The notes: a model not told the origin generated them from the sequence alone. A DNA stretch of 64,000 bases from Candidatus Lustribacter sp. (GCA_965277805.1 OZ255842.1:2080001-2144000); one strand, 5' to 3'. Numbered from the stretch's first letter, positions 48,525 through 58,750 are shown. Program-made: numbers and translations.

Positions 48525-48816
48525 CATGTCCCGCGACATCGAAACGGTGGCCGCCGAAACGGAGCGTCGCACGGACGGCGCCGACCTTGCCGACGCCCTC
48601 CTAACCGCGCTGGTCGCGACCCCGGCGGGGCGCACGGCGTCCTGGCGGCAGTTCTACCGGGGCGTCCGACGGCTCGTCGCCGGATTCGCGCCCCGCGAAC
48701 ACGTGCCGGCGTTCAAGCGCCTGCGCCAGTTCGTCCGCGAAAATGCCGACCTCGCCGAGACCCTCGCAATCGTCCACCTCGAACGGGACGCCTACCACCG
48801 AGCCATCAGCGCCTAG
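48525..48816 (+). CDS. Hypothetical protein (start uncertain, possibly a 5'-truncated gene)
   Basis: Typical high-GC3 codon pattern from ~48475 to TAG 48816. Confidence 0.5.
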
Positions 48817-48823
48817 CCGCCCA

Positions 48824-48855
48824 TGTCATCCCGAGCTTGTCGAGGGACCGCCACC
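48824..48855 (+). repeat. REP-like palindrome, copy 5
   Basis: TGTCATCCCGAGCTTGTCGAGGGACCGCCACC; supplies the Rieske oxygenase stop codon. Confidence 0.9.
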
Positions 48856-49893
48856 AGACTCGCTTGACTGCAGCTTCGCCAACACGCGCTGCACGCGCGT
48901 TGCGCCCGCATCGACGGAGAACAGTGCCGGACGGCGTCCGGGCCGGCTATCCATGCGCGCCTGCTGAGCTTCGATCATCGGCTTGTCCTGTTCGGCGAAC
49001 GCAAAGCGCCGCGCCGCCGAGATCGTCTCGCGCAGTGCGAGATCGTCTTCGCGCGAGCGCGGCTGAACGCCGAACCGCACCGCAGCAAAATGGTAGTGCG
49101 TCGAGCGCCGGCTCTCGGGCGTGAGCAAGTGGAGCCCGAAGTAGCCCGCGCCGCTCGCCTTCTCGCTCCCCGGTGCGCGGACGCCCGTATCGAGAATCAT
49201 GCACCCCACCGGCATCCAGTGCATCTCGGTCCAGCTATCCACATTCTTGCCGTCGGCACGAAAGAGCGCATCGAACAGCGACGGCACTGCCGCGTCATAG
49301 GCCCAACGCGAGATCATGACGTGATCGCCGATCTGCGTGACGTCGACGGCGTCGTCGACGGATCCGCTCAGCACGCCGCCGTGCAGAAACGGAACGTGGC
49401 TCAGGTCGAGCAGATTGTTGGTGATGATCTCATAGTCGGCGTCGATCGTCATGTAGTCGCGCACGCTGATGTGCAGCGGATCGGCCTCGTCGAGCAGATG
49501 GTAGTCGGGAATATCGTCCACGTTCCCATCGCCGGACCCCATCCAAATCCACGCCAGCGAGTAGCGCTCGACGACGCGGTACGGTCGCGCCTTCGCCGTG
49601 GGCGGTATCTTGTGGTCCCCGTGCGGATTGTACACGCACGACCCGGTACGATCGAAGTGCAGCCCGTGATAGCCGCATTCGAGGATATCGCCTTCGAGCA
49701 GATGCCCGCGCGAGAGCGGCGCAAACCGGTGCGGGCACATGTCTTCCAGCCCGACAACCCCTCCCGCCGCGTCGCGGAAAAAGACGATCGGTTCTTCGAG
49801 AATCGTCCGCGCGAGCAAAGCACCGGGTGCAAGATCGGCCGACCAGAAGGCAACGTACCAGGCGTTGCGGATGAACGGTCCGGTCGCATCCAT
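48826..49893 (-). CDS. Rieske oxygenase, VanA-like O-demethylase family
   Basis: RNAWYVA, CPHRFAPLS, CGYHG, NLLDLSHVPFLH, HLLTPE, EQDKPMIEAQQ. Confidence 0.92.
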   Translation of the reverse strand: MDATGPFIRNAWYVAFWSADLAPGALLARTILEEPIVFFRDAAGGVVGLEDMCPHRFAPLSRGHLLEGDILECGYHGLHFDRTGSCVYNPHGDHKIPPTAKARPYRVVERYSLAWIWMGSGDGNVDDIPDYHLLDEADPLHISVRDYMTIDADYEIITNNLLDLSHVPFLHGGVLSGSVDDAVDVTQIGDHVMISRWAYDAAVPSLFDALFRADGKNVDSWTEMHWMPVGCMILDTGVRAPGSEKASGAGYFGLHLLTPESRRSTHYHFAAVRFGVQPRSREDDLALRETISAARRFAFAEQDKPMIEAQQARMDSRPGRRPALFSVDAGATRVQRVLAKLQSSESGGGPSTSSG

Positions 49894-51092
49894 TATTTGG
49901 CGAGGCCCAATCGAATGCCGGTTTTGAGCGGCGTTCCGCCGGGCTTGCTCACCGCGACGAACGTTGCCTTCGCGGGGTCGTACTCGACCATCATCACGCC
50001 GTCGTCGGAAATACCGTGCATGTTGCCGGTGGTAAAGTCGTACGTCCCGCCGATGCCGGCCATGCCGCGCACGTGCAAGATGTAGTCACGCAACTGCGCG
50101 GCGGTGGCGTTCGTGCCGAGCTTTCGCAAGCCCGCAACGATCAGGCTGGCCGGATCCCACGCGTAGTTATCGTTCGGGGTCATGATCGCACCGGCGGCAC
50201 TGTAAGCGGTCCGGTAGATCTGCAGCGCTTTGGCGAACTTGCCGGCTTGGGAGAGATCAAGTCCCCACGACGGCGGTGCATTGAAGGCCACCTGCACCGG
50301 GAGCGAATCATTGAACGGAGATAACACCTTCAAGTCCATGTTCGCACTCGACGTAACGACCGGCGTCTTCATGCCGGCATTCGCCATGCTGCGCAACACC
50401 GTCTGAAACGCCGCGCCGTTCGAATTCACGTACAGGTATTCCGGCCGCGCCGCTTTGAGGCGTGCGATCTGCGCGTCAATCGTCAACGCGCCAGGGTCGA
50501 AATGCTCGAGGTCGACGACTTCCATCCCTTTGAGGTCGGGATTCGTCATCGCGACGGCGAGCAATTTCTCACTGTTCATGCCGGTCGCGTCGGTCATGAC
50601 GATCACGCCGAGACGCTTGGTGCCTTGATCGTGCACGTACTTGAGCGAGACATGCTGCGTGTGCGTGATGTACGCCCCGGCTCCGAAGAGATACGTGCCG
50701 GTCTCACCCGGAAAGCCCGGCGAGAAGCAGTACTCGATGGGACCGTTGGCGGAAGCGAGCGGCGCGACCGCGTTGCATTCCTGTTGATTGCTCGGACCCA
50801 AAACGACCGGCACGTGCTTGGCCACGATCTGGTTGTAAAGTTGCACGGCGAGTTGCGGCTGCGACTGGTTATCGAGCACCTCGAAGTGCACGGGCCGGCC
50901 GTTGATGCCGCCATCCCGGTTCACGACCTTCTCGTACACGCCGAGCGCCGTCGCCATTTCCTGACCGAAATACGCGGCCGGCCCCGTCAACGGTGAGATC
51001 GCGTAAACCGTATACGGGTCCGGCGTCGCAGCACGCCCGCTTGCCGTCAAGAGCGCGAGCGCAAGCGCGAATCCGGCCAGTGGCTTCAGCAT
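49893..51092 (-). CDS. ABC substrate-binding protein, PBP1/LivJ family
   Basis: PLTGPAAYFG, VNRDGGINGRPVHFEVLD; ATG 51092. Confidence 0.85.
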   Translation of the reverse strand: MLKPLAGFALALALLTASGRAATPDPYTVYAISPLTGPAAYFGQEMATALGVYEKVVNRDGGINGRPVHFEVLDNQSQPQLAVQLYNQIVAKHVPVVLGPSNQQECNAVAPLASANGPIEYCFSPGFPGETGTYLFGAGAYITHTQHVSLKYVHDQGTKRLGVIVMTDATGMNSEKLLAVAMTNPDLKGMEVVDLEHFDPGALTIDAQIARLKAARPEYLYVNSNGAAFQTVLRSMANAGMKTPVVTSSANMDLKVLSPFNDSLPVQVAFNAPPSWGLDLSQAGKFAKALQIYRTAYSAAGAIMTPNDNYAWDPASLIVAGLRKLGTNATAAQLRDYILHVRGMAGIGGTYDFTTGNMHGISDDGVMMVEYDPAKATFVAVSKPGGTPLKTGIRLGLAK

Positions 51093-52318
51093 TCGTGGAG
51101 CATTGGGGGTCGCACACCCAGCCGTTCGGCACCCGTGGCAGTCACCGCCACCGTATCGCCCCACCGCGCCAGTTCTCGCTGGCCATCGTCACGGTCGCCG
51201 TCATGGGTGTAGGGTTTGATGGCAAACGAACAGCCCGCTTCGATAACACGGTCGAGGAAGCTCTCCGGATAACGCCGGCCGGCGACCAGCAACGGACCGT
51301 CGTCGCCGGTACCGCGCCCGTGTCCGCCCAGCCCCGTCCACACCGTAGAGTCCGGCTTTTTCTGAAGACCGGCCGCGATCAGTTCGCGCACCGTGACGCC
51401 CGGCTTGAGAATCGCCATCACCCGGTCGAACGCCTCGACCGATCGCTTGTGCGCGTCGATCGTTTCCGGATGCGCCTTCCCGAGCGTGAGCGTTTGATCG
51501 ATCTGCGCGATGTAACCGCTCCAACGGCCGTCGACTTCGAGCGAAAACATATCACCGGCTTGAAACGAGCGCGTCGTCGGCTGCTCGATACGGTGGTACG
51601 GAGCCTCACGCGGACCGCTCACCCAGCCGAACATCGGCGTGAACGTGCCGCCGGCTTCCGCGTTGGCCAACATCATGCGGCCGAAAACGTGTCGTTCCGG
51701 CACGCCGATGCGGGCCGTTTCGACTGCCTCCGCCAGCGTTTGTTCGGCCACCCAGGTGGCCTTGCGCAAGAACGCGATTTCCTCATCCGACTTCACGTAA
51801 CGGGCCTGACCGAGGATGCCGCTGGCACTGACGAAGTCCGCCTTGGGAAATGCCGCCTTGAGCATTTCGACGGACGCGTGGTTCACTTCACCCTCGCGCG
51901 ACCGCACGTGAATGAGGTCGGTCGACGTGAGGCCGGCGATTGCGATTCGGGCTTTCTCGAACCCGCCGCGTTCTTGCATCCAAGCGATTAGGCACGATCC
52001 GCTTTCACCACGCGGCCAGGCGCGAATATCGTCGAACCAATTCGACGACGGCCACACGCCGCCGCGCGAATGCCACGCCGTGACGCCGCCCTCGAACGGA
52101 AACGCGACCGTTTGATCTTCGCCGTTATCGCCGAGCTGGGTGAGATAACGATGGTTAGCCGAACCTCGTCCATGCGCGTTCGTATTCGACATGCACACGA
52201 TCAAGTCGACCTTTTCCGCGTCCATCAGACTGCGTACGCGAGCCCAGCGGCGATCGCGCTCGGCGATCGAGAAGACGGGATTACTCCAGTCCGGTGACCA
52301 TTTCTTCGCATCCGGCAT
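51086..52318 (-). CDS. M24 (Xaa-Pro peptidase/creatinase) family protein
   Basis: ERDRRWARVR, RYVKSDEEI, GYIAQ, GHGRG. Confidence 0.8.
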   Translation of the reverse strand: MPDAKKWSPDWSNPVFSIAERDRRWARVRSLMDAEKVDLIVCMSNTNAHGRGSANHRYLTQLGDNGEDQTVAFPFEGGVTAWHSRGGVWPSSNWFDDIRAWPRGESGSCLIAWMQERGGFEKARIAIAGLTSTDLIHVRSREGEVNHASVEMLKAAFPKADFVSASGILGQARYVKSDEEIAFLRKATWVAEQTLAEAVETARIGVPERHVFGRMMLANAEAGGTFTPMFGWVSGPREAPYHRIEQPTTRSFQAGDMFSLEVDGRWSGYIAQIDQTLTLGKAHPETIDAHKRSVEAFDRVMAILKPGVTVRELIAAGLQKKPDSTVWTGLGGHGRGTGDDGPLLVAGRRYPESFLDRVIEAGCSFAIKPYTHDGDRDDGQRELARWGDTVAVTATGAERLGVRPPMLHEC

Positions 52319-52319
52319 C

Positions 52320-53381
52320 TTAGGCTTTGACGAGTCCGAATTTCGGAATAACTTCTTCGCCGAAGAGTTGCATCGAACGCATTTTCACATCCCGCGGCAT
52401 CGATGTGATCTGATGCTGCGCGAGCAAAATGTCGTAGCCGCAACGCTCTTGCTGCGCGCGGATCTGGCGCACGACGGTCTCGGGCGAACCGATGAACGCT
52501 AACCCTTCGTCGATCCAGAACTCGTATGACTTTGCCGTCTCGAGATAGATGCGCGCCATCTCGAGCATGACCGGGTTCTTCTCCTCGGGCTTCAGCGAGA
52601 GCGCTCGCGCCACGCCTTGCTCGCCGAGCAGGCCTTTGAGCATGTGCGGTTCCGCGTTCTTGCGCGCTTCGGCGTCGGTCTCCGCCACGTGAACGTGACG
52701 GACGAGCAGCGTGCGCGGCAGCGGCTGCGAGGGCTTCTTCTCCGCCCACATGTCGCGGAAGAGCTGAAACTTCTCCGCCGTCGTTTTCTCGGCATCGAGA
52801 TTTTGCGCCATGTTGAAGCCGTGCTCGACCGCGTAGGCGATCGACGTCGCGCTGTGCGCGCCGACCCATACCGGCGGATGCGGTTTCTGAAACGGATGCG
52901 GTTGCACGACGGCATTCTTAAACTTGAAATACTCGCCCTCGTGGGTCACCTCTCGACCGCTCCACGCCTCGAGGACAACATCCATGACTTCGTTGCCGAG
53001 TTCGCGGCGGTGCTCGTAGTCGAGAAACCACGGCTGGAACTCCGGCAAGCGCGTCCCATACCCAAGTGCAAACTCGAGGCGTCCACGCGAGAGCTGGTCG
53101 ACCATCGCCGTGTCCTGCGCCAAGCGGATCGGGTGATGCATGGGCAATTGCAACACCATCGCGCCGATGCGAAGCGTGGTCGTGGCCGCCGCGATGGCAG
53201 TGAGATACACGGCCGGCGATGTAATCACCGGGAATCGGGCGTTCTGGTGCTCGATGAAGAAATAGTACCGGTACCCGAGCTTCTCGCACAGGGCGGCGTC
53301 GCCGATATGCGTGTGGTAGGCGTCGCCGGCGCTGCCCGACTCAGCGCCGACCGTATCGAAAAGGCCGAATTCGAGGTTCAT
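52320..53381 (-). CDS. LLM-class flavin-dependent monooxygenase
   Basis: IEHQ, HHPIRLAQD, DQLSRGRLEFALGYG, PFQKPHPPVW, GSPETV. Confidence 0.92.
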   Translation of the reverse strand: MNLEFGLFDTVGAESGSAGDAYHTHIGDAALCEKLGYRYYFFIEHQNARFPVITSPAVYLTAIAAATTTLRIGAMVLQLPMHHPIRLAQDTAMVDQLSRGRLEFALGYGTRLPEFQPWFLDYEHRRELGNEVMDVVLEAWSGREVTHEGEYFKFKNAVVQPHPFQKPHPPVWVGAHSATSIAYAVEHGFNMAQNLDAEKTTAEKFQLFRDMWAEKKPSQPLPRTLLVRHVHVAETDAEARKNAEPHMLKGLLGEQGVARALSLKPEEKNPVMLEMARIYLETAKSYEFWIDEGLAFIGSPETVVRQIRAQQERCGYDILLAQHQITSMPRDVKMRSMQLFGEEVIPKFGLVKA

Positions 53382-54430
53382 GCGGTTCCCATTCTGCTTG
53401 CAGGACCGGACCCACTTTGCCCAGGCTTGCGAATTCTGTAAGATCCTTGCGCTTTGGCCGGCAGCACGGGCTTTTGGAGCGGAACGTATTCGGAGAGGAA
53501 GGCCCGCGCGTCGTACTGTTTGTCGATGACCCCGTATTTGTAGGCAAAGTCCAACGGCGTCTGCACGTCGGCAACCGTAATGGTTTCCGCGATGACCGTA
53601 CGAACGCCGGCTCGAATCTGGGCTGGATCCTGCTTGGTAAACTGCGCTACCATGTCGACGGTCTCGCTTTGGTGGCGATTGGCGTATTGCGCGCCGGCGC
53701 TGAGCCCCGTGACGAATGCCTTTACGGTCGCCGGATTCTTGGCAATGTAGTCGAGCGATGCCACCCAGCACGACAGCAAAAAGCGCGGTGCGACCACGTC
53801 GAGCGGCTTTGCAAGCACGCGAATGCGCCCCGACTGCATCGCTCGCGTGAGGAAAGGCGGCCTCAATACAGCCGTGTCGATCCGTCCCTCGAGGAGCGCC
53901 GCAAGAATTTCGCTCGCGTTGAGTGCGAGCGCACGCAGCGATTTACCGTCGGCTTCATTCCGATCCATCCAAACCCGCGTCGCCACGACGCTGATTTCCG
54001 AAGGGGTGTCGCCCCCCATCACCTTGCCGTTGAGATCGCGCGCCCGATGGATATCCGCATCAGAACGCACGACAAGCCATGCATCGCAGTGATTGGTATC
54101 ATAGAGCGCGATCGGTGCAACGACACGCAACGGAATTCCATGTCCAACGGCCGAGAACACCGGAAACAAACTGCCCGAACCGAACTCGCCCGAACCGCCG
54201 ACGACCCCTGCGATGATCGCCGCCCCGCTTCCCATCGGATCCAACTCGATCTGCACCCCGAGCCGGCTAAAAATCCCAGCCTGCATCGGATAAAGCACTT
54301 GCTTGATCGCATCGCTCGCAAACGAAAGCACTCGCAACGTCGGCAACGTCTGCGCCCCGGCGCCGCTACCAAGGGCAACAGCCGCAAACGGCGCGGCCGC
54401 AGCCAACCGAACGAAGTCGCGACGATAAAC
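53378..54430 (-). CDS. ABC substrate-binding protein, NitT/TauT family, with Tat-like signal (start uncertain)
   Basis: In-frame YRRDFVRLAAAA upstream of TTG 54406; RDLNGK, GRIDTA. Confidence 0.8.
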   Translation of the reverse strand, partial: VYRRDFVRLAAAAPFAAVALGSGAGAQTLPTLRVLSFASDAIKQVLYPMQAGIFSRLGVQIELDPMGSGAAIIAGVVGGSGEFGSGSLFPVFSAVGHGIPLRVVAPIALYDTNHCDAWLVVRSDADIHRARDLNGKVMGGDTPSEISVVATRVWMDRNEADGKSLRALALNASEILAALLEGRIDTAVLRPPFLTRAMQSGRIRVLAKPLDVVAPRFLLSCWVASLDYIAKNPATVKAFVTGLSAGAQYANRHQSETVDMVAQFTKQDPAQIRAGVRTVIAETITVADVQTPLDFAYKYGVIDKQYDARAFLSEYVPLQKPVLPAKAQGSYRIRKPGQSGSGPASRMGTA

Positions 54431-55392
54431 TAGCGTGCAGGTTTCTCCACGGCAGGATTGACGATCTCAGCTGCAGCGAATGTCTTCGCAATCAGCCCGT
54501 ATTTCGCCGACATGTCGATCGCCGGCTGCAGGTCCGAGGGCTCGAGGTACACGGGATCCTCGGAGCCGACGCTACGGGCAACCGTTTTTACGTCGATGCC
54601 GCTAAACTTCGCGACCAATTCATCGGCGCGCGCCGAGTTTGCTTTGGCGGCAACGTTCGCTTCCCGCATCGCCGCTGCAAAACGGCGTACGGCATCCGGG
54701 TTTTGTTCGACGAAGCTGGTCGTCGCCGCCCAACCGGAAAACGCGAAATGTTTCGCGATGCCGTCGTACGCTTTGCCGAGGACGCGATACTTGCCCGAGT
54801 CCACCGCAGCCGTCGAAAAAGGCGGAACGAGGGCGGTTGCCTCGATCCGCCCCGCGTCCAGCGCCGGCAGCATCGCGGAGTTCGACAACTCGATCACGTG
54901 CACGGATTTCGAATCGCCGCCATTGGCATCGATCCACGCCAAGGTCGAGAGCGCATTGAGGTCTTGCAAACTCTGCGAGGAGATCGTCTTGCCGTTGAGA
55001 TCGCGGGCCGACTTGATCGGTGAGTTTTTCAGAACGAACAGCAGCGCAAACGGCATCTCGGTATTGTACATGCCGCCGGGCGCGATGTACTGCAGGTTGA
55101 TCCCTTTGACGTGCGCCTGCGCGACCGAGATGACGTTGACGTAGTCTGCTTGGAGCGAGTTTCCGATCAGCCCGGATAACGGTGAGCCGCCGCCGCTGCC
55201 CGTCAGCACGATTTGGACATCGAGGCCGTACTTCTTGAAGATTCCAGCATCGACACCGAAGAGAGCCGTTCGTGCGCCGATCGTCGGTCCTGAAGCGATC
55301 TGCATCGAGACGACCGCCTGCCCCCCGGCGGGCCCGCCCATGCCGGCGGCGAGCGCGGCCGCGCACGCGAAAACGAATGTCCGGAAATTCAA
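54430..55392 (-). CDS. ABC substrate-binding protein, NitT/TauT family
   Basis: GIFKKYGLDV, SARDLNGKTI, GRIEAT; TTGA coupling. Confidence 0.85.
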   Translation of the reverse strand: MNFRTFVFACAAALAAGMGGPAGGQAVVSMQIASGPTIGARTALFGVDAGIFKKYGLDVQIVLTGSGGGSPLSGLIGNSLQADYVNVISVAQAHVKGINLQYIAPGGMYNTEMPFALLFVLKNSPIKSARDLNGKTISSQSLQDLNALSTLAWIDANGGDSKSVHVIELSNSAMLPALDAGRIEATALVPPFSTAAVDSGKYRVLGKAYDGIAKHFAFSGWAATTSFVEQNPDAVRRFAAAMREANVAAKANSARADELVAKFSGIDVKTVARSVGSEDPVYLEPSDLQPAIDMSAKYGLIAKTFAAAEIVNPAVEKPAR

Positions 55393-55907
55393 TCGACCGG
55401 ATCCGCTACGTGGTCGACGCGAGCGTCGAGGTATGCGGTCGATCCCGAGCGCTGCAAGCGCTCCTCTGCCGGCACGGCGCTGTAATTGGCGTAGTCGTTG
55501 TCGCGTTCGCGCGCGAAGCCCTCAACTTGGAGCAACTGGAGCGGCTCGTCGGAGCAGCTCTCAAACGAATACATCACACCGCGCGGAACGTAGACGCCTT
55601 CGAGCGGCCCGTACTCACCAACGACCGTATCGTTCTCGCTATAAAAACGTGCCCGCCCGCTCAGCACCATCCAGAGCCCGTCCATTGCCGCATGCGAATG
55701 CAGCGTCGTCTCTCCACCGCGGTTGATTACTTGGATGAAGCCGAACATCAAGTCGCTCGTGAAGAGGCGGGTAATGGCTTTCGGGCGCTCGCCGATGTCG
55801 GGCGGCGCGTAGCGAAACTCTTGGATCTTCGGCTCGTACGGGGGCAGACCGGTGAACGAGAACTTACTCTTGAGCAAAGCACGGGTCTCGGTATCGATTT
55901 CCTTCAT
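55389..55907 (-). CDS. Cupin domain protein
   Basis: GGETTLHSHAAMDGLWMVLSG, VPRGVMYSF. Confidence 0.85.
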   Translation of the reverse strand: MKEIDTETRALLKSKFSFTGLPPYEPKIQEFRYAPPDIGERPKAITRLFTSDLMFGFIQVINRGGETTLHSHAAMDGLWMVLSGRARFYSENDTVVGEYGPLEGVYVPRGVMYSFESCSDEPLQLLQVEGFARERDNDYANYSAVPAEERLQRSGSTAYLDARVDHVADPVD

Positions 55908-55963
55908 ACGTCCCCCTGACGGTACGTTGAAATTCGTGGCCCGCGAGGGCGCGCCTTTTCCGA

Positions 55964-56710
55964 TTAGTTAAATGCGGCCCCGCCATCAACAACGAGCGTC
56001 TGCCCGGTAATAAAATCGCTCTCCCCCGAGCACAGAAAGATCACCGCCCCGACAATATCGCCCGGAGTTTCGACGCGCCGCAGCGCTCGCGTAGCTACAG
56101 TCGCAGCACCACGCTCATTTGGCTCCGTGCCTTCCGGCGGTGTATTCCCCGGTGCCACGACGTTGACGCAAATGTTATCGCCCCCGAGCTCACGCGCCAT
56201 CACGCGCGACATCGCGATGACCGCGCCCTTAGAAGCGACATAGTGCATCAATCCGGTGCTGCCCTTAAAGACCGTACCGGATGCAATGTTGACGATCTTC
56301 CCGTGCTTCTGCCGCCGCATGACCGGCGCCACCGCGCGTACGCACTCAAACGTTCCCCGGACGTTCACGCTCATCACGCGATCCCACTCCCCGGAGGAGA
56401 TCTGCTCGAAGGGCTGCGGCTTCAACGTCGTAAAAAGGCCGGCATTGTTCACGAGCGCATCGATCCGTCCGAACGCCTTGTCGGCCCGCTCCACCAACTC
56501 CCCAATCGCGCTCGCCGACGTAATATCTGCAGCACAGCTGAGCACCTCTCCGCCGGACGCGCGAATCTCCGCAGCAACCTCTACCGGATCGGTGAGGTCG
56601 CAGAGAACGGCGATCGCACCTTCGGCAGCTACCGCCTTACCGTAAGCCTTGCCGATCCCCTGACGCGCCCCCGTCACCAAAACAACCCGCCCACCAAGCC
56701 GTCCGCTCAT
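55964..56710 (-). CDS. SDR family oxidoreductase
   Basis: TGARQGIG, NNAG, YVASKG, ITGQTLVVDGG. Confidence 0.92.
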   Translation of the reverse strand: MSGRLGGRVVLVTGARQGIGKAYGKAVAAEGAIAVLCDLTDPVEVAAEIRASGGEVLSCAADITSASAIGELVERADKAFGRIDALVNNAGLFTTLKPQPFEQISSGEWDRVMSVNVRGTFECVRAVAPVMRRQKHGKIVNIASGTVFKGSTGLMHYVASKGAVIAMSRVMARELGGDNICVNVVAPGNTPPEGTEPNERGAATVATRALRRVETPGDIVGAVIFLCSGESDFITGQTLVVDGGAAFN

Positions 56711-56757
56711 CTCGTCTTGGTAAGACCACATCGCCGTCTGATCCTCCGGAGAATTAC

Positions 56758-57204
56758 GTGATCTACAAAAGAATACTCGTCGGAATCGACGGGTCGGATC
56801 CATCAAAGCTCGCGCTCAAAACGGCGATCGAACTCGCCAAAGCCGCCAACGCCGCGCTCGCGATCATCACGGTGCACGACGAGCGGTTCCTCGAGAGCAG
56901 CGCCACTCCCGAAGATTTCTCAAACATCACCGCGGTCATCGAAACCGACGAAGAACTCGGCAAGGCGCTCCTCGAACGCGCGCGCTCGCAAGCCGCCGCC
57001 GCCGGCATTTCGGACGTAAGCGTGCGAATGCTCGAAGGGGAACCATCCGCACATATCGTGGACGCGGCCAAAGACTTCCACGCGGATCTCATCGTCGTGT
57101 CGACGCACGAGCGCACCGGCCTTGCGCGACTCTTCGTCGGCAGCGTTTCCGAACACGTCATCCGCCACGCGACGTGTAGCGTCTTGGTCGCGCGCCCGTC
57201 CTAA
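56758..57204 (+). CDS. Universal stress protein (UspA family)
   Basis: ILVGIDGS, ADLIVV, GSVSEHVIRHATCSVLV. Confidence 0.92.
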   Translation: MIYKRILVGIDGSDPSKLALKTAIELAKAANAALAIITVHDERFLESSATPEDFSNITAVIETDEELGKALLERARSQAAAAGISDVSVRMLEGEPSAHIVDAAKDFHADLIVVSTHERTGLARLFVGSVSEHVIRHATCSVLVARPS

Positions 57205-57213
57205 CGCCCGCGG

Positions 57214-57831
57214 TTAGGGAAGCATCGCATCCGCGAGGTCGTCCGCGCCGCGTTCCCGCAACGTTTCAGCCGCCCCAAGCCGATCGCGTTGTTCCTTGTT
57301 CTGGCTCAGCTTCGATTTGCCGCGCAGTGACGTCACGGTGACCTCGAGACCAACGATGTTCCGGAGCATTTCCTCAAGGTAGTCAGGCATCGCATCGCTC
57401 ATGCGCCACGGAACCGGTTCGCCGGCTTCATGAATCTTTGTCAGCTGTCCGACGATACCGCGCAAAAATGCCTCGTCGTGCCGCCATGTAATCGTACCGC
57501 GCGCGTGAACCACCCGGTAGTTCCACGTCGGAACCTGCCGATGCGATTCGTGTTTGCTCGGGTACCAGTTCGGCGAAACGTAATGCTGCGGCCCCTGAAA
57601 TACGACGAGCACCTCGGCACCGTCCGGTACCAGTCGCCATACGTCGTTCGCCCGCGCCACGTGCGCGCGCAAAAGCCCGTTTGCACCACCCGCCGCGTCG
57701 AATACGAACGGCAGGTGATTGGCGAGCAGACCGCTCGACCCGTTCGCGATGAGCGTCGCGAACGGGTACTCGGTCATCAGCGCCTGAACCGCTTCGGCGC
57801 TCGGTTCACCGAAGTGCTCAGGAACGTACAT
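57214..57831 (-). CDS. paiB: FMN-binding negative transcriptional regulator PaiB
   Basis: MYVPEHF, HVARAN, YVSPNWY, VPTWNY, KLSQN. Confidence 0.9.
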   Translation of the reverse strand: MYVPEHFGEPSAEAVQALMTEYPFATLIANGSSGLLANHLPFVFDAAGGANGLLRAHVARANDVWRLVPDGAEVLVVFQGPQHYVSPNWYPSKHESHRQVPTWNYRVVHARGTITWRHDEAFLRGIVGQLTKIHEAGEPVPWRMSDAMPDYLEEMLRNIVGLEVTVTSLRGKSKLSQNKEQRDRLGAAETLRERGADDLADAMLP

Positions 57832-57839
57832 GTGACCGT

Positions 57840-58367
57840 CTATTCGGTGTGCTCGCCGCCGACCGCGGTTTCGTAGAGGAACCAGATGCGGCGTTCGCTC
57901 TCGTCGATGAAGTTCTCGAGCAGCGACGCGGTCGCGACGTCGCCGGCCTCGTCGACGAGGCTGTGCAGCTCGCGCATCCGCGAGACCAGATCCTTGTTGT
58001 CCTCGACGAGCTGGCGCAGCATCGCGTGCGGCTCGACGTACTCGCGATCGTCGTCGTCCACCTTCGTGATCTTAGCGATCTGGCCAACACTGCGCAGCGC
58101 CGGCTGGCCAAGCTTGCGCCCGCGTTCCGCAAGCACGTCGATCATCGCGAAGATCTGATCGGCATGCTCGTCGAGCAACTCGTGATATTCCTTATAGTGG
58201 CTGCCCGAGACGTGCCAATGGTAGTTCTTCGTCTTGAAATAAAGTGCCACCACATCAGCCGTGACCGGCAACAGCGCTTCGCCGATCTTCCGGCGGTCGT
58301 CTTCCGGAAGATCCGAAGGCGTTCCCAATCGTGCTTGAAACTTCGAAACTTTGGTCGTGGTCGTCAC
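57840..58367 (-). CDS. dps: Dps DNA starvation/stationary-phase protection protein
   Basis: KTKNYHWHVSG, HELLDE, DVLAER, ERRIWFL. Confidence 0.93.
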   Translation of the reverse strand: MTTTTKVSKFQARLGTPSDLPEDDRRKIGEALLPVTADVVALYFKTKNYHWHVSGSHYKEYHELLDEHADQIFAMIDVLAERGRKLGQPALRSVGQIAKITKVDDDDREYVEPHAMLRQLVEDNKDLVSRMRELHSLVDEAGDVATASLLENFIDESERRIWFLYETAVGGEHTE

Positions 58368-58492
58368 GGACTCGTCTCCCTTAACTGCGAACTCCAGTGC
58401 CTAGAGGCAACAGGGTACACCCCCTCGCCGGTCTTTGCAAGGTGTTTTTCTTCGGAAGCGCTCTCACCATCGGGGCGAGAACACTGGCCGTA

Positions 58493-58750
58493 ATGGGTCC
58501 TCGTTGGGCCGCGCTGGCAGTGCTCTGCGTCGGCATGCTGATGATCGTGCTCGACAGCACGATCGTCAACGTGACGTTGCCGTCAATACAATCCGATCTC
58601 GGGTTCACCCCCGCGAATCTCGCCTGGGTCATCAACGGCTACATGATCCGGAGCTGTGCCTTTTTACGTTTGCGTCGTTACTGTGCGGGATCGCGTGGAC
58701 GCGGGAGTTGCTCGTCGGCGCGCCCCGGACTCATTCAAACGACGGCGTAA
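58493..58750 (+). pseudogene. Remnant of a DHA2 (EmrB/QacA) MFS efflux pump
   Basis: LMIVLDSTIVNVTLPSIQSDL...LAWVINGY, then in another frame LFTFASLLCGIAWTRELLVGA; the remainder is missing. Confidence 0.8.
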
